From the NCBI GenBank assembly GCA_030390025.1, contig CM059441.1, positions 40,486,001 through 40,550,000 of the forward strand: a DNA stretch of 64,000 nucleotides. Reading direction: 5' to 3'. Source of the DNA: Squalus acanthias. Lineage: Eukaryota. The notes below the pieces were generated by a model that had not been told where the DNA came from, ran no database searches, and was given only the letters and a program-made list of their open reading frames with translations. The position numbers were made by a program, and so were the translations under genes. Below, piece after piece: positions 62,165-64,000 of the stretch (within the stretch, counting starts at the first letter, position 1; every line of letters starts with the position of its first letter).

Positions 62165-63178
62165 AAGCCCATGGGATTAAAGGGACAGTGGCTGTGTGGA
62201 TACGAAATTGGCTACAAGACAGAAAGCAGAGAGTAGTGGTGAACGGTTGTTTTCAGACTGGAGGGAAGTATACAGTGGCGTCCCCCAAGGGTCAGTGTTG
62301 GGACCACTGCTCTTTTTGATATATATTAATGATCTGGACTTGGGTACACAGGGCATAATTTCAAAGTTTGCAGAAAGCATGAAACTCAGAAATGAAGTAA
62401 CCAGTGATGAGGATAGCAACAGACTTCAGGAAGACATAAGCAGCCTGGTGAAATGGGCAGACACGTGGCAGATGAAATTTAACAGAAGTGTGAAGGGATT
62501 CATTTTTGTAGGAAGAATGAGGAGAGGCAATATAAACTAAATGGTACAATTTTAAAGGGGGTGCAGGAAGAGAGATCTGGGGGGTGGGGGTGTACAAACA
62601 CAAATCTTTGAAGGTGACAGGACAAGTTGAAAAGGCAGACAGAATCCTTGGCTTTATAATTAGAGACAAAGTATAAAAGCAAGGAAGTTATTTTAATCCT
62701 TTATAAAACACTGGTTAGGCCCCAGCTGGAGAATTGTGTCCAATTCTGGGCACGACACTTTAGGAAGGACATCAAGACCTTAGAGGGCGTAGAGGAAATT
62801 TACTAGAATGGTACCAGGGATTAAAAACTTCAGTTATGTGGAGAGACTGGAGTTGTTCTCCTTAGAGCAGAGAAGGTTAGGGGAGATTTGATAGAGGCGT
62901 TCAAAATCATGAAGGGTTTGGATAGAGTAAATAAGGAGAAAATGTTTCCAATGGCAGAAGGGTCAGTAACCAGAGGATAAATTTAAGGCAATTAGCAAAA
63001 GCAGAGGCGACAGGAGGAAAAAAATGTACGCAGCAAGTTATGATCTGGGATGCACTGCCTGAAACTGTAGTGGACACAGATTCAATAATAACTTAAGGGA
63101 ATTGGATAAATAGTTGGAAGGGAAAAATTTTGGAGAGCTATGAGGAAAGAGCAAGGGAGTGGGACTAATTGAATAGAT
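62165..63178 (+). mobile_element. CR1 LINE fragment
   Basis: [20 protein letters not shown]; ctggttaggccccagctggag..tgtgtccaattctgg. Confidence 0.85.
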
Positions 63179-63180
63179 CG

Positions 63181-64000
63181 CCGCCCCAGGGAGAGCCCGG
63201 AGGTTTTCCGAGGAAGCTTTGGAGGCATTGGTTTTAGCTGTGGAGAAAAGATGAGTTGTCCTGTACCAACTGGCAGGAGGCCCTCGCCACAAGTCTTCTG
63301 CACCATGTGGAGGGAGGAAGCCCAGCGGGTCTCAGGCAGCACTGTGGTCCCAGGACACACACACAGTGCAGGAAGAAATTTAACAACCTCACTTGGGTGG
63401 TCAGGGCAAGTGAATGCTTCAACAAATGCTACATACCATAATCTTCACACTGCCCAAAGCACCACACCCCCAGCACTCACTTAACAATCTCTACCTACCA
63501 ACACTCACATCTCACACCTTGCACACAATGACAGCTATTCAACTATGGCAGGCACATCACTCCACACTTTCCTTTCTCTTGCAAGCCAAGGTGGCGCACA
63601 ATAGGAGGGAGCAGGAGCGCACAGGTGGGGGACAAGCTGACACACAACCACTGTCTGTGCTGGAGAATCGAGTGCTGCAAATCATTGGGCGCCAGGTGGT
63701 GGGCGCTGTGGCCACCGGCGACGTTGACCCCTTTGGGGACAACGGTATTTTCATTCCTACTCCTTCTCACATCCCACTTCCCCCTCACCCCATAAGCGTT
63801 TTGCACTTTCCAGCTAATCATGCTGTACACATGCATTTCTCCCTTCCTGCCCCCCTCCCCTCACCTTAACCCAACTCTTGTGCCTTTATGCTTTCAGATA
63901 AATCAGCAAGCACTTGAGCAGCCTGTCCCTAGGGCACGGTGGAGAGCGAGGCGGGAGAAGAGGAAGAACACACCGTCACTGCATCTCACCTGCAGACACC
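63181..64000 (+). mobile_element. Harbinger-type multi-exon Myb/SANT gene remnant (runs off the window end)
   Basis: RPRERARRFSEEALEALV...RKKFNNL; second exon AKVAHNRREQERTGGGQ...GDN|gt; acceptor ctttcag at ~63897; paralogous to 14946-17560. Confidence 0.7.

Overview
Vertebrate genomic DNA, almost certainly from a cartilaginous fish (shark), judged by HE1/V-SINE, Deu-domain SINE, LF-SINE-like and CR1/HER1-type repeats. The only host protein-coding gene I can support is APOBEC2 on the + strand: coding exon 1 at 13285-13403, a 15.7-kb intron, and coding exon 2 at 29091-29625 (217 aa), with a further splice donor 4 nt after the stop. Most of the rest is nested transposable elements: a full-length Gypsy-type LTR retrotransposon, a near full-length RTE LINE, many CR1 fragments, Penelope-like elements, PIF/Harbinger-like elements and MITEs, hAT and Tigger-like MITEs, a solo LTR and SINEs. 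Four observations stand out. (1) A single-ORF LINE family carries an integral tRNA-derived (Pol III-type) head, and its near-complete 3.27-kb copy has no TTTT on the sense strand, suggesting an autonomous LINE transcribed by Pol III. (2) The Gypsy element has no tRNA primer-binding site but a 13-nt self-complementary one, plus a YLDN RT motif. (3) Penelope-like repeats carry minimal hammerhead ribozyme motifs, one of them sense within APOBEC2 intron 1. (4) The RTE is flanked by a 98-bp duplication. Family names come from recalled sequence similarity, not a database search, and repeat boundaries lacking TSDs are approximate.
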